Shown: positions 7,711 through 17,717, counted from the stretch's first letter. The stretch is 64,000 nt of DNA from Bacilli bacterium (GCA_017454295.1 JAFTDF010000030.1:3896-67895), one strand, 5' to 3'. Translations and numbers: made by a program. Notes: a model not told the origin generated them from the sequence alone.

Positions 7711-8361
7711 TTAATCTTTGCTAACCCTTCCATCGGCAAATGAGGCGACGGAATAAAACACGGGAATTACAAAGAACTCCGCCCAATAGGGATGCCAGAA
7801 GTTCTGGCCATAGAAATTCCCGATGATCCCCATTCCGACATAGACCATCACCACGAGCATCGTGATGTTAAAAGCGGTGATCCTTCTCTTAAAGATGGCG
7901 CGGACAAACGATCCGACGATTTCGGGGAGGAAGAGCAGCGTCCACATCGACGCCCATCCGACGGCACCGCCATCGGGCATCTTCCAATTGAAGCCAAGGA
8001 TCAAATAAGCGACTAAGCAAGCCAAAGAGAACAAAGGATAGAACACGCCATAGAAACGGCCATGGCCGCCATGATCGGGTTTGGGGTTGGGGTCGACGAC
8101 GATGCCGTCCACCACTTCCACGCGTTCGGCTTTGGATTCTTTTTTGTGATTCTCGCCTTTTTGGGCGCGGACGAGTTCATCGAGGGAGATATTGTAGATA
8201 TCGGCCAAGGCGATGAGGTTCTCCGTATCGGGCGCGGCTTCCCCGGTTTCCCAACGGGAAACGGCTTGACGCGAAACGCCGAGTTCATCGGCAAGCTGCT
8301 CTTGCGACAATCCAGCTTTCTTTCTTAATTTTGCTAAGCGTTCACCTAATTCCATACTCAT
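7711..8361 (-). CDS. membrane-anchored XRE-family HTH protein
   Basis: Start MSMELGERLAKLRKKAGLSQEQLADELGVSRQAVSRWETGEAAPD (HTH_3), with AGGAGG 9 nt upstream. The C-terminal half has about 4 TM helices. Confidence 0.8.
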   Translation of the reverse strand: MSMELGERLAKLRKKAGLSQEQLADELGVSRQAVSRWETGEAAPDTENLIALADIYNISLDELVRAQKGENHKKESKAERVEVVDGIVVDPNPKPDHGGHGRFYGVFYPLFSLACLVAYLILGFNWKMPDGGAVGWASMWTLLFLPEIVGSFVRAIFKRRITAFNITMLVVMVYVGMGIIGNFYGQNFWHPYWAEFFVIPVFYSVASFADGRVSKD

Positions 8362-8464
8362 AAGGGTGGACCTCCTAGGCATAATGATAGACATTTCGCG
8401 CGGGCACGCTAGCACTTTTACTTAGAAAAGGGGCAACGATTGGTTGCGAAATCCCCTTTGCAAC

Positions 8465-8490
8465 GAAAAAAGAGACCCTCACGGATCTCT
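8465..8490 (-). terminator. terminator after the tRNA-Pro/tRNA-Arg pair, followed by a second hairpin at 8424-8460
   Basis: Minus strand reads AGAGATCC-GTGA-GGGTCTCT TTTTT. The second hairpin is AAAGGGG..GCAAC-CAATC-GTTGC-CCCCTTTT. Confidence 0.55.
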
Positions 8491-8503
8491 ATCAAGCTCT
8501 CGC

Positions 8504-8580
8504 TGGCGCGCTCGACACGATTCGAACGTGCGACCCCTTCCTTAGGAGGGAAGTGCTCTATCCAGCTGAGCTACGAGCGC
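8504..8580 (-). tRNA. tRNA-Arg (anticodon CCU), CCA encoded
   Basis: rc reads GCGCTCGTAGCTCAGCTGGATAGAGCACTTCCCTCCTAAGGAAGGGGTCGCACGTTCGAATCGTGTCGAGCGCGCCA. Anticodon loop CT-CCT-AA. Confidence 0.85.
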
Positions 8581-8586
8581 ATCAGG

Positions 8587-8663
8587 TGGTCGGAACGGCG
8601 GGACTTGAACCCGCGACCTCCTGGTCCCGAACCAGGCGCACTACCAAGCTGTGCTACGTCCCG
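8587..8663 (-). tRNA. tRNA-Pro (anticodon CGG), CCA encoded
   Basis: rc reads CGGGACGTAGCACAGCTTGGTAGTGCGCCTGGTTCGGGACCAGGAGGTCGCGGGTTCAAGTCCCGCCGTTCCGACCA. Anticodon loop TT-CGG-GA. Confidence 0.85.
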
Positions 8664-8688
8664 ACGCGAAAGGGATTATACCCTTTTA

Positions 8689-11600
8689 TCACATGAATTC
8701 AAACAAAGACATTTGATTTGTTTCGCCCATTCCGTCAAGGACCCCGAATTCCTCCAGCTTTTTGACGTTGGTGCCATTGAGCTTGGTGCGGGAGAGCAAA
8801 TCCTCTTTGGAGAGGAAGGGTTTGGCGTTGCCATCGCTATCTTTCTCTTCCCGGGCGGCAATCACGGATTCGGCCGCGGAAAGCCCTAAGCCATCGATGA
8901 CGACGAAGGGGGCGATCAACGCTTTACGTTCATGGTCGACGACGAACATCTTCGCCTGGGAACGATACAAATCGATTTGTTCGAAGTGATACCCACGTTC
9001 GATCATCTCCAAAGCGACGAGCAAGGTATCCAAAATCGCCGCTTCCTTATTCGATAAGGGATTGGTCCGGTCACGTTGACGGGCCCGTAACTCGGTGATG
9101 CGGGAAATCACGGCCTCTTCGCCTTTGACCATGGTTTGGATATCCCATTCGTCGGAACGGATGGAGAAGAAGACGGCATAGAATTCCAAAGGATAATAGA
9201 GTTTGAAATAAGCGACGCGGACCGCCATGGTGACATAAGCCGTCGCGTGGCCACGGGGGAACAAATAAGCGATCTTCTTACAGGAGTCGATATAGAAATC
9301 CGGCACCTTATGGGCGATCATGGCCTGCTCGTATTCGGGTTTGAGGCCTCTACCCTTACGGACGTCTTCCATGATGCGGAAGGCCATGGAAGGATCGAGT
9401 CCCATCGCGATGAGATAGGTCATGATATCGTCGCGGCACCCGATGACTTCGTTAAGCGTTTTGCCCGCTTTGACGAGTTCTTCGGCATTGCCCGCCCAGA
9501 CATTGGTCCCGTGGGCCAAACCCGAAATGATGAGCAAATCGTTGAAGCAAGAAGGCGAAGCCACATCCAACATACGTTGGCAAGTCGGCGTCCCGAATTC
9601 GGGAAGGGCCATCGATCCGGTCTTCATCCCGAGGAAGTTGCGGTGCAACCCCAGTTCCTTTTCCGAGGTGAACAAGGATAAAACACGGGGGTCGTTCATC
9701 GGGATATCTTCGATGCGGACGCCGGTGAGGTCGCGATAATAACGCATCGCCATCGGGTCGACGTGGCCTAAGATATCGAGCTTTAAGACTTCGTCGTGCA
9801 TCGACTTAAAGTCGTAATGGGTGGTGAGCCATTCCGAAGACAAGTCATCCGCGGGATGTTGTACCGCGGTAAAGTCATACACCGACATATTCGCGGGAAT
9901 GACGACGATGCCGCCCGGGTGTTGGCCCGTGGTGCGTTTGACGCCCTCACAACGATAAGCCAAATAGGCGATGTAGTTGTTATTCATCTCATCGGGATTC
10001 TTCCCGATGCTTTCGAAATAGCCGCGCACGAAACCGAAGGCCGTTTTTTCGGCGACTTTTTCAACCGTTCCGGCCCGGAATACGTTCTTCTCACCCAAGA
10101 GGACTTTGGTGTAGTTATGGGCTTTATGCTGCGAATCTTCTTCGAAGTTCAAGTCGATATCGGGAACCTTATCCGCATGGAAGCCAAGGAAGGTCTCAAA
10201 GGGAATGTTTTGGCCATCCCCATGCATCATCGTCCCGCATTTGGGGCAAGGCTTATCGGGCAAATCAAAGCCGGATTTATAAACCTGGGCATCGGCGAAT
10301 TCCAAGTAATGACAATGGGGGCAATGGTAATGGGCCGGCAAGGCGTTGACCTCGGTGATGTCGGCCATGGTCGCGGCAAAGGAAGAACCGACGGAGCCAC
10401 GGCTACCGACGATATAGTGTTCGGGCTCATCCGCGGCCAGTTGAATCAAACGATGGGCGATGTAATAGGTGACGGCATAGCCGTTGCCGATAATCCCATC
10501 GAGTTCCCGCTGGAGACGGTCCCACACCCAAGCGACGTTGGCTTTGACTTGGGGATCGTCATCGAAGGTATAGTCGTAACGTTCATGGAAATGGGATTCG
10601 CAAAGCTCGCGGATCTTCAAATCCGAATGAGGCAGGTTTTCATCTGGGGCGAAGACTTTATCCGAAACCGGGGTGATATCGTCATCGATGAGAGAGGCGA
10701 TATACCGCGAATTGGTGACGACGATCTTCTTGGCTTCGTCTTCATCAAGCCATGTCTCAAACGAATCTAGCATCTCACGGGTCGAACGGAAATGCTGGTC
10801 GGGGTTTTCAAACCGCGGCCGTCTTGCCCGGCCCGGCGGATTCATCGGATGGGCGCCCCCGCCTTTGGCTTTGGCGGCGATATAGACGTCGCGGATGATT
10901 TTGTCCTCGGGGTTGCAATAATGGCAATCGCCCGTGGCCACGACCGGTTTTCCGGCGATTTTGGCGGCGGCGATGATGTCCTTGAGCACCTCGATTAAGT
11001 GCTCCTTGGATTGGATGCGGCCCATGTTGAGCAAATAGGAATAATTCTCCAGGGGTTGGATTTCGATGAAATCGTAGAACGCCATGGCCGCGGCGGTCGC
11101 TTCGAGGTTACGGGTCAAGGCCATATCGAAAATCTCACCATTGAAACAGGCGGAGCCCACCAGCAAGTTCTCCCGCAGCTGATTGATGAGGCTGCGCGGG
11201 GTCTTGGGCATCGAATGGTAAAGATAGGTCGTATGCCCTTCGGTGACGATCTTATAGAGGTCTTTCAAACCCGCTTGGTTCTTCACCAAAAGGGTCACAT
11301 GGTATTCGCGTAAATGGTGACAGAACGAATTGAAGCGGTCTTCTTTGGCTTTGAAGGTAGCTTCGTCATCGGTTTCCCGGTTGCCACGGGGCAAAATCAA
11401 ATCGTTGAGTTGACGATGGGTGATGCCGGGGAATTCCTTGTCGAGGCGGAGGATGGCTTCTTGCCAGCCATCGTTTAATTTTTCGGCGTCGTAATCGGCG
11501 CGGTGGGCGTCGGCTTCGTTATAGATGTTCAAGCCGAGGTTCTTTAAGAAGGCGCCTTCGTTATGACGACCCGCTTCCGGGAAGAGATAGTGGGAGACGG

Positions 11601-13383
11601 GGATGGTATCGATGATCGGGTTGGCGATCTTGTCACGTCCTTCACGTTCTAAGGCGGCATTGAGGAAGCCAATATCGAACATCGCGTTATGGGCGACGAG
11701 GATATGGTCGCCAAGGAATTCCAAAATCTGGTCCATCACTTCGCGGAAAGGTTTGGCCTTGGCGAGTTCTGCAGGATCAATCTTGTTGATGGAAAGCGCT
11801 TCTTTGGCGTATTCGAGATCGATTTCGGGATTGATCAATAAGTCGAGCCGTTTGATGACGCGACCCCGTTCCACCAAGACGCCCCCGAATTCGACGAGGC
11901 GGTCATAACGGGCGGAAAGGCCGGTGGTTTCGGTATCGAAGACGCAATAACGGGCGGTACGAAGTTCCTGATCGCAGGGGTTTTCGATGTATTTTTGCTG
12001 CAAATCGAACATGTAGGCTTCCATCCCAAAGATGACTTTGGGGGCCTTCTTGTCCGTCCCTTTATACTTCCCGGCGATCTTGTTACGGATATTTTGGGCG
12101 CTGGGGAAGTTCTGCACGACGCCATGGTCGGTGATGGCAATGGCTTCCATCCCCATATGGTCGGCGAGCAAATAATAGGATTCGAAATCGGAGACGCCAT
12201 CCATGACCGACATCTTGGTATGGAGGTGCAGCTCAACGCGCTTTTCCTCCTCGGGATCATCGCGCATCTTCGGCGGCGGCAATAAATCCAAGAAATGGCC
12301 GACGATGGTTTTCGCTCCGGTGAAGTGATCTTTATCGAGCGCTCCACGGACACGCACATAACTGCCTTTGGCAAGCTTTTCCATTTGCTGTCCGGTGAAG
12401 TTTTTCGATTCGAAAAGGCGAACGTTGATGGCGTTGGTTTCATCGCCAATGCCAAAGATGCCGAGCTTTTTGCCTTTGCGTGTAGCACGCACATCCGAAG
12501 AGAAGACGGTCCCGCAGAAGTCCACGTTGCAATCATTCAGGGCGTAGATATCGTCGATTTGATCCAACGGACGATAATCGCCCCGGGTCCAAATGCGTTT
12601 GGCGTTACGCTCTTCGATCATGCGCCGCAAGTTCATTTCCTCTTTGGAAAGGAGTTCCTGCGTGGCGCTTTCCATCATTTCCTCATGGGCCTTCGCGATT
12701 TCTTCCTCGCCATCGAAATTCCCTTCTTCGTCGAAGGAAGGAAGGGCGCTGGCTTCGGTTTGGGGAAGGGGTTCCAGATCTTCGGGGGTGATTTCTTCTT
12801 CCACGGGCGCCTCGTGGGTTTCGGCAATGGGCGCTTCTTCGGCGACAGGCACCGCGGCTGCTTCAAAGGCAGGGGCGATCTCTTCCGGTTCGGCTTCTTG
12901 ATGCGTTGGTTCTGGGAAAGGCTCCGCGGCTTTTTCCGCGCTCGTCACGATACGATGGTCCACCGAGAAGGGATAGGTGATGAGTCGCAATAAAGAGGCG
13001 AAATCCCGTTCCGCCGTCTTTCCTTCTTCCGCTTGGACGGCAGAGGAATAGACGAAATGGAGGACATCGCCTTCGACCTCCGTGACAAAGGGCGGCATAT
13101 CGTTATAACGTCCCAAATACCAAAGGGAGAACAACGAGCAGACATCCGCTCCGGTGGGCTCCCGGTCATAAGAGAAACGGATGGAATAGGGATAATTGAT
13201 ATTGCCCAAGGCCAACAAAAAGCGATCGAGGTAGTCATAAGACCAGGGCTCGGCTTTGCGGATGGCCATGTCGACGCGGCTAGGCGCATCGATGGCTCGT
13301 CCGACGAGAATGAAATCCAAATCGTAATCTTCGATTTCCTCGATCCCGATGGAGCGGAGGAAACGTTGCATTTTCGGTTGCAT
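8689..13383 (-). CDS. polC: DNA polymerase III PolC-type (alpha subunit with PHP, inserted 3'-5' exonuclease, and Zn module)
   Basis: 1564 aa. PHP start ELHLHTKMSVMDG, DEDDh exonuclease motifs FDTETTGL and HNAMFDIGFL, Zn module CPHCHY...CPKCG, and a polymerase core. GGAGGAG SD upstream. Confidence 0.95.
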   Translation of the reverse strand: MQPKMQRFLRSIGIEEIEDYDLDFILVGRAIDAPSRVDMAIRKAEPWSYDYLDRFLLALGNINYPYSIRFSYDREPTGADVCSLFSLWYLGRYNDMPPFVTEVEGDVLHFVYSSAVQAEEGKTAERDFASLLRLITYPFSVDHRIVTSAEKAAEPFPEPTHQEAEPEEIAPAFEAAAVPVAEEAPIAETHEAPVEEEITPEDLEPLPQTEASALPSFDEEGNFDGEEEIAKAHEEMMESATQELLSKEEMNLRRMIEERNAKRIWTRGDYRPLDQIDDIYALNDCNVDFCGTVFSSDVRATRKGKKLGIFGIGDETNAINVRLFESKNFTGQQMEKLAKGSYVRVRGALDKDHFTGAKTIVGHFLDLLPPPKMRDDPEEEKRVELHLHTKMSVMDGVSDFESYYLLADHMGMEAIAITDHGVVQNFPSAQNIRNKIAGKYKGTDKKAPKVIFGMEAYMFDLQQKYIENPCDQELRTARYCVFDTETTGLSARYDRLVEFGGVLVERGRVIKRLDLLINPEIDLEYAKEALSINKIDPAELAKAKPFREVMDQILEFLGDHILVAHNAMFDIGFLNAALEREGRDKIANPIIDTIPVSHYLFPEAGRHNEGAFLKNLGLNIYNEADAHRADYDAEKLNDGWQEAILRLDKEFPGITHRQLNDLILPRGNRETDDEATFKAKEDRFNSFCHHLREYHVTLLVKNQAGLKDLYKIVTEGHTTYLYHSMPKTPRSLINQLRENLLVGSACFNGEIFDMALTRNLEATAAAMAFYDFIEIQPLENYSYLLNMGRIQSKEHLIEVLKDIIAAAKIAGKPVVATGDCHYCNPEDKIIRDVYIAAKAKGGGAHPMNPPGRARRPRFENPDQHFRSTREMLDSFETWLDEDEAKKIVVTNSRYIASLIDDDITPVSDKVFAPDENLPHSDLKIRELCESHFHERYDYTFDDDPQVKANVAWVWDRLQRELDGIIGNGYAVTYYIAHRLIQLAADEPEHYIVGSRGSVGSSFAATMADITEVNALPAHYHCPHCHYLEFADAQVYKSGFDLPDKPCPKCGTMMHGDGQNIPFETFLGFHADKVPDIDLNFEEDSQHKAHNYTKVLLGEKNVFRAGTVEKVAEKTAFGFVRGYFESIGKNPDEMNNNYIAYLAYRCEGVKRTTGQHPGGIVVIPANMSVYDFTAVQHPADDLSSEWLTTHYDFKSMHDEVLKLDILGHVDPMAMRYYRDLTGVRIEDIPMNDPRVLSLFTSEKELGLHRNFLGMKTGSMALPEFGTPTCQRMLDVASPSCFNDLLIISGLAHGTNVWAGNAEELVKAGKTLNEVIGCRDDIMTYLIAMGLDPSMAFRIMEDVRKGRGLKPEYEQAMIAHKVPDFYIDSCKKIAYLFPRGHATAYVTMAVRVAYFKLYYPLEFYAVFFSIRSDEWDIQTMVKGEEAVISRITELRARQRDRTNPLSNKEAAILDTLLVALEMIERGYHFEQIDLYRSQAKMFVVDHERKALIAPFVVIDGLGLSAAESVIAAREEKDSDGNAKPFLSKEDLLSRTKLNGTNVKKLEEFGVLDGMGETNQMSLFEFM

Positions 13384-13395
13384 ATGAGGCTCCTC

Positions 13396-14799
13396 CTAGA
13401 ATAAAGCGATGATGTCTTTGACGACGACGGCTAGCATCAAGCCAAAGAGTAAGACAAAGCCGATTAACGTCATCACGGTTTTGAACTTTTCGGGAACTTT
13501 CTTTTTACAGACGCCTTCGACGACGGTGATGAGCAATTGCCACCCGTCGAGTCCCGGGAAGGGGAGGAGGTTGAAGAAGGCGAGGTTAATCGAGATCATG
13601 CCGGCGAAGAAGAAGACGAGTCGGGCACCGCCGGAAGCCGAGATCTGCGGCATCGCCGCCGTAATGCCGATGATGCCGGAGAGGTTTTGGAAGCCGCCGG
13701 GTTGGAACAAGGAGACGAAGCCCCGGACGATCATGGTGCAGGCGTCGGGGAAATCCTGGGCCCACATCCGCCAACCACCGGCGAAATCGTTATAGGCGGA
13801 GATGACTTCGAGGTTGATCTGATCGTTGACGAAGGCCTTGTCTTTATTGAGGGCATAACGTCCGGCTTTGGTTTCGGTGCCATCCACCACCAGGCGATGA
13901 CCTTCATATTGGGTTTTGATGGAATCGCCCTTTTTCAAGGGAACCAAGGTCAAATCGAGGTCGATGTAATCGCCTTCGGCGTAGATCTTCGTATCGAGTT
14001 TGGTGGGTTTGCCCTCTTTGTCGGTGATTTGGGGAAGGGCGGTGACGCCAAGGGCGGAGAGATTCTCGGGTACCTTCGCTTCGGATGCCGGATACAAAGC
14101 GATGGAAGAAGCCATCGTGTGGGTGGCGACCAGCGTCGAGGGAGAATAGACGGCCACATAACGTTCTTGACCCGGGACGTAAATGTCTCCCTCTTTCACC
14201 ATGAAGTGGACCTCGCTATCGAGGATCGGGAAGGTGAAGGAATCGACTTGGGCCACCGGGATGTGGACGTAATAGTCCTTCGCCGTATAACCCTCTTCCT
14301 TTTGGACATCGATGTAGGAGAGCAGCTCGTTCCCATACACCGAATCCAAGGTCACGGAAATCATCTGCGATGTGGCATCGTCAGCAATGCCGGAATGGGC
14401 ATAGTAATACACGGGGAAGGCAGCGTCGCCGATATAAATCAGCACCATGCCCAAAATCAGGTTCAGCGTGACGCCGGCAACGAGGATGATGCATTTCTTC
14501 CATTTGGCGATGGCTTCCAAGGAGCGTTCCGGGGCGGGCGTTTCAAAGCCTTCGGGTACGGCCCCGCCTTCTCCATACATGGAGACATAGCCACCTAAAG
14601 GAACGGCCCGGATGGAGAAATAGGTTTCCCCATTTTTGCGTTTGACCTTCAATAATTTCGGGCCAAAGCCGATGGAATATTCGAAACAATAGACATGGAA
14701 AAGTTTGGCCATGGCCAGGTGACCGGCTTCATGGATGGAAATCATCACCGCCAACATGACGATGACGATCAGGATGTAGAGAACGTATTCGTACCACAT
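13396..14799 (-). CDS. rseP: RIP metalloprotease RseP/RasP (M50 site-2 protease)
   Basis: 467 aa. HEAGHLAMAK (HExxH) lies in TM1 and the NLLPFPGLDG motif is near the C-terminus. Located between dxr and polC, as in Bacilli. Confidence 0.85.
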   Translation of the reverse strand: MWYEYVLYILIVIVMLAVMISIHEAGHLAMAKLFHVYCFEYSIGFGPKLLKVKRKNGETYFSIRAVPLGGYVSMYGEGGAVPEGFETPAPERSLEAIAKWKKCIILVAGVTLNLILGMVLIYIGDAAFPVYYYAHSGIADDATSQMISVTLDSVYGNELLSYIDVQKEEGYTAKDYYVHIPVAQVDSFTFPILDSEVHFMVKEGDIYVPGQERYVAVYSPSTLVATHTMASSIALYPASEAKVPENLSALGVTALPQITDKEGKPTKLDTKIYAEGDYIDLDLTLVPLKKGDSIKTQYEGHRLVVDGTETKAGRYALNKDKAFVNDQINLEVISAYNDFAGGWRMWAQDFPDACTMIVRGFVSLFQPGGFQNLSGIIGITAAMPQISASGGARLVFFFAGMISINLAFFNLLPFPGLDGWQLLITVVEGVCKKKVPEKFKTVMTLIGFVLLFGLMLAVVVKDIIALF

Positions 14800-15956
14800 T
14801 ATTGCAATCCGAGGCGGATCCTTTCTTCGACGAAGGCGCGGGTCATCTTATCGGTGACGACGAGCTCTTCATAAGGGGCATCATCCAAATGGGGGATTTT
14901 CCGTAGCGCCACCGCCACTTCCCCGGCGATGTCGGTGAAGCGGATTTGACCCGCTAAGAAGGCGGAGACGGCGACTTCGTTGGCGGCGTTAAGCACCGCT
15001 AAGGCATTCCCACCCATCTCATAGGCGCGTTTGGCCAAATCGACGCAGGGGTAGCGTTCCGGATCGAAATCGTGGAAATGGAGTTTTTTAAGCTTCCATA
15101 AGGCACGGACGGATTTGACTTTGTATTTCACGTTCCCTTCGGCAAGGGCATAGGCGATGGGGCCGTGCATGTCGGGGGTGGAGATATCGCAAAGATAACG
15201 GTTGTTCGTGTATTGGATGGCGGCGTGGACCATGGATTCATCATGCATGAGGATGGCGAAATCTTCCATCGGGCGGCGGAAGAGCACGCAGGCTTCGATG
15301 AGTTCGAACCCCTTGTTCATCATGGTCGCACAGTCGATGGTAATTTTTTCTCCCATCTGCCAATTGGGATGGGCCAGCGCTTGTTCGGGCGTGGCGAATT
15401 CGAGTTCGTCCACGGGCAAATCGCGAAGCGCGCCTCCCGAAGCGGTGAGGTGGATTTTGTAAATCTTTTTGCCTTTGGCTTTCCGCAATAACTTGGAAAC
15501 GCCGACATGCTCGCTATCGATCGGCAGCACTTTACCATGTCCCGCATCCAAGAGATCGTTGATGAGCTTGCCACCCACCACCAACGATTCTTTGTTGGCC
15601 GTGGCTAAGATGCGATTGCATTCTAAGGCCTTTAAGGTCGGGGCGAGGCCGACAAAACCAACCAGGGCATTGACCACCATCTCGACTTCGGTGTCTTCGA
15701 TGATTTGGCAAAGCCCTTCGTCACCGGCATAGACTTTGAGCCATTCGTGTTCGCTGGCAAAGGCGTCCGCGTCCTCCTGGTTTTGGAAGCACACGGCGGT
15801 GACGGTGGGGAAGTTGGCGACGATTTCTTCGGCCTTCTCCGCTTGATGGCCCACCGAAAAAGCGGTGAGTTCATAGGTTCCATGATTCTCACGAATCACG
15901 TCTAAGGTTTGGCTCCCGATGGAGCCGCTGGCGCCTAATAAAAGAATTCGTTTCAT
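14799..15956 (-). CDS. dxr: 1-deoxy-D-xylulose-5-phosphate reductoisomerase
   Basis: I prefer the start MKRILLLGASGSIGSQTLDV (NADPH-binding motif) at 15956, which overlaps the cdsA stop (ATGA). The ORF track start at 16004 would overlap cdsA. Confidence 0.9.
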   Translation of the reverse strand: MKRILLLGASGSIGSQTLDVIRENHGTYELTAFSVGHQAEKAEEIVANFPTVTAVCFQNQEDADAFASEHEWLKVYAGDEGLCQIIEDTEVEMVVNALVGFVGLAPTLKALECNRILATANKESLVVGGKLINDLLDAGHGKVLPIDSEHVGVSKLLRKAKGKKIYKIHLTASGGALRDLPVDELEFATPEQALAHPNWQMGEKITIDCATMMNKGFELIEACVLFRRPMEDFAILMHDESMVHAAIQYTNNRYLCDISTPDMHGPIAYALAEGNVKYKVKSVRALWKLKKLHFHDFDPERYPCVDLAKRAYEMGGNALAVLNAANEVAVSAFLAGQIRFTDIAGEVAVALRKIPHLDDAPYEELVVTDKMTRAFVEERIRLGLQ

Positions 15957-16993
15957 AAGAAGAACCCCCATCCTTTTTCGACGATGACGATGAGCACTGA
16001 GCATAAGATGCAGCAGAAGGTCAAGGAATCAACACGGTCAAGTACGCCCCCATGGGAACGTAGCAAGGTTCCGTAATCCTTAAACCCATAATGCCGCTTG
16101 ATGAGCGAATAAGAGAGATCGCCCAATACGGCAATCAAAGGCAATCCATAGGAAAGGATTACCACAGCCCACCACTTATACGGGGCGGAGAAGACGGCGA
16201 ATTCGGGTAATAAAGGGAACCCATTCGCGTCGCAAATCAAGGCAAAGCCAAGGGCCAAGCTGCCCGAAAGGAGCCAGCCGCCAAAGAAACCTTCCCATGT
16301 TTTGTTGGGCGAGACCCGCGGGGTCATCTTATGCTTGCCGAAGAACACGCCGGTGAAATAGGCCATCACGTCATTGCCAAAAGCCGTGAGGATGACGAAG
16401 GCCATCGGGATGAGCGAATGCCAGTATTTGAAGACGGCGGTCGGACTTTGTCCGGGGGTGCCATACCAAACATAGAAGGGATGATAACGGACATAAAGGA
16501 GGCATTGGAAGCCAAATCCCACCATGATGGTCATGAATAGGAAATAGCAAACGTCCCCGAAATCGAAATCTTTGTTGATTAAGGAGAACAGCAGATAAAC
16601 GCCCATCGCGGTGATGATGGCATAGATGGATAGGGTCGGCTCGGCATACCACCGCTCCAGCTCCCAGGTCCAATCGCTGGCTTTTCCCGCGCTCTTTAAC
16701 GCTAAGTATTCGCTGAGGTTATTCTTCACCAAGAACCAGTAGACATAGACAATCACGATGAAATAGGTGAAGGCCCAGACATACCACGGGAATTTCTTCC
16801 CCCGGCAATGAAGAATCTCATAGACGGCGAAGACCAAGAAGAAGGTGATGATGGCAAACCAGAACCAGCTGCCGACGATTAAGGCGGGGATGCAGGTCAC
16901 CCCCAAAACCACGGCCACCAAGATCCGGCTCATCATGGATTTCTTTTTCTTTTCGTCGAGATGGTTAATCGGCCCTTTGTGTTCATTTTCCAT
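15953..16993 (-). CDS. cdsA: phosphatidate cytidylyltransferase with an extended N-terminal membrane region
   Basis: 346 aa. CTP-transferase signature SLIKRHYGFKDYGTLLRSHGGVLDRVDS. Confidence 0.9.
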   Translation of the reverse strand: MENEHKGPINHLDEKKKKSMMSRILVAVVLGVTCIPALIVGSWFWFAIITFFLVFAVYEILHCRGKKFPWYVWAFTYFIVIVYVYWFLVKNNLSEYLALKSAGKASDWTWELERWYAEPTLSIYAIITAMGVYLLFSLINKDFDFGDVCYFLFMTIMVGFGFQCLLYVRYHPFYVWYGTPGQSPTAVFKYWHSLIPMAFVILTAFGNDVMAYFTGVFFGKHKMTPRVSPNKTWEGFFGGWLLSGSLALGFALICDANGFPLLPEFAVFSAPYKWWAVVILSYGLPLIAVLGDLSYSLIKRHYGFKDYGTLLRSHGGVLDRVDSLTFCCILCSVLIVIVEKGWGFFL

Positions 16994-17717
16994 TGCTTAG
17001 TCCTCCATAGCGGCGGTCACGGGATTCGTATTCTTTTAAGCATTCCAATAGCTTTTCCTTTCCGAAGTCGGGCCATTGGGTCGGGGTAAAGATGAACTCG
17101 GCATAGGCGAGCTCATAAAGCAAGAAATTCGATAAGCGGGATTCCCCCGAGGTGCGGATCATCAAGTCCACGTCGGGGAGGGGGTGCCAAAGATGGGCGG
17201 CAAAGACGGACTCGTCGATGTCTTTGGGATCGAGTTTACCGGCTTGGACTTCTTCAATCAATTTCTTCGCGGCGCGGACGATTTCGTCCCGTCCCCCGTA
17301 ATTGAGGCAGATGTTCAGGATGCAGCCTTGGTTATTCGCCGTGTAGGCCACCGCATCTAAGCAAGCCTGTCGGGTTTTGGGACGGATCCGCCCCAAATCT
17401 CCGGAAATCAGGATCTTGCCACCCTTTTGATGTAAGGGTTCCAATTCGCGGGCTAAGAACTCCTCCAAATAATCCATCAAATGGTCGATCTCATCTTGGG
17501 GACGAGACCAATTCTCCGTGGAAAAGGCATAGAGGGAAACGACTTTGATCCCCTGCTCATCGCAGGCGTCAAAAATCTCCCGGATCTTCTTGCACGCCGC
17601 CTTATGACCCAGGTGGCGCGGCAAACCGCGGGCGTTGGCCCAGCGACCGTTGCCATCCATGATGAAAGCGATGTGGTCGAGTTTCTTTTGCAAACGGAAG
17701 TCAGCTTTCTTACCCAT
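16983..17717 (-). CDS. uppS: isoprenyl transferase (undecaprenyl diphosphate synthase)
   Basis: 244 aa. HIAFIMDGNGRWA and the LMIRTSGESRLSNFLL motif. Confidence 0.92.
   Translation of the reverse strand: MGKKADFRLQKKLDHIAFIMDGNGRWANARGLPRHLGHKAACKKIREIFDACDEQGIKVVSLYAFSTENWSRPQDEIDHLMDYLEEFLARELEPLHQKGGKILISGDLGRIRPKTRQACLDAVAYTANNQGCILNICLNYGGRDEIVRAAKKLIEEVQAGKLDPKDIDESVFAAHLWHPLPDVDLMIRTSGESRLSNFLLYELAYAEFIFTPTQWPDFGKEKLLECLKEYESRDRRYGGLSNGK

Noticed and set aside
6197-8361. HipA-like gene plus the XRE gene at 7711..8361 as a classical hipBA module
   Set aside because: The two genes are convergent, are separated by tRNA-Ala and a terminator, and the XRE protein is membrane-anchored. In hipBA, hipB precedes hipA in one operon.
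8440-8889. 149-aa plus-strand ORF
   Set aside because: It runs straight through the tRNA-Arg and tRNA-Pro genes and into the 3' end of polC, so it is an artefact.
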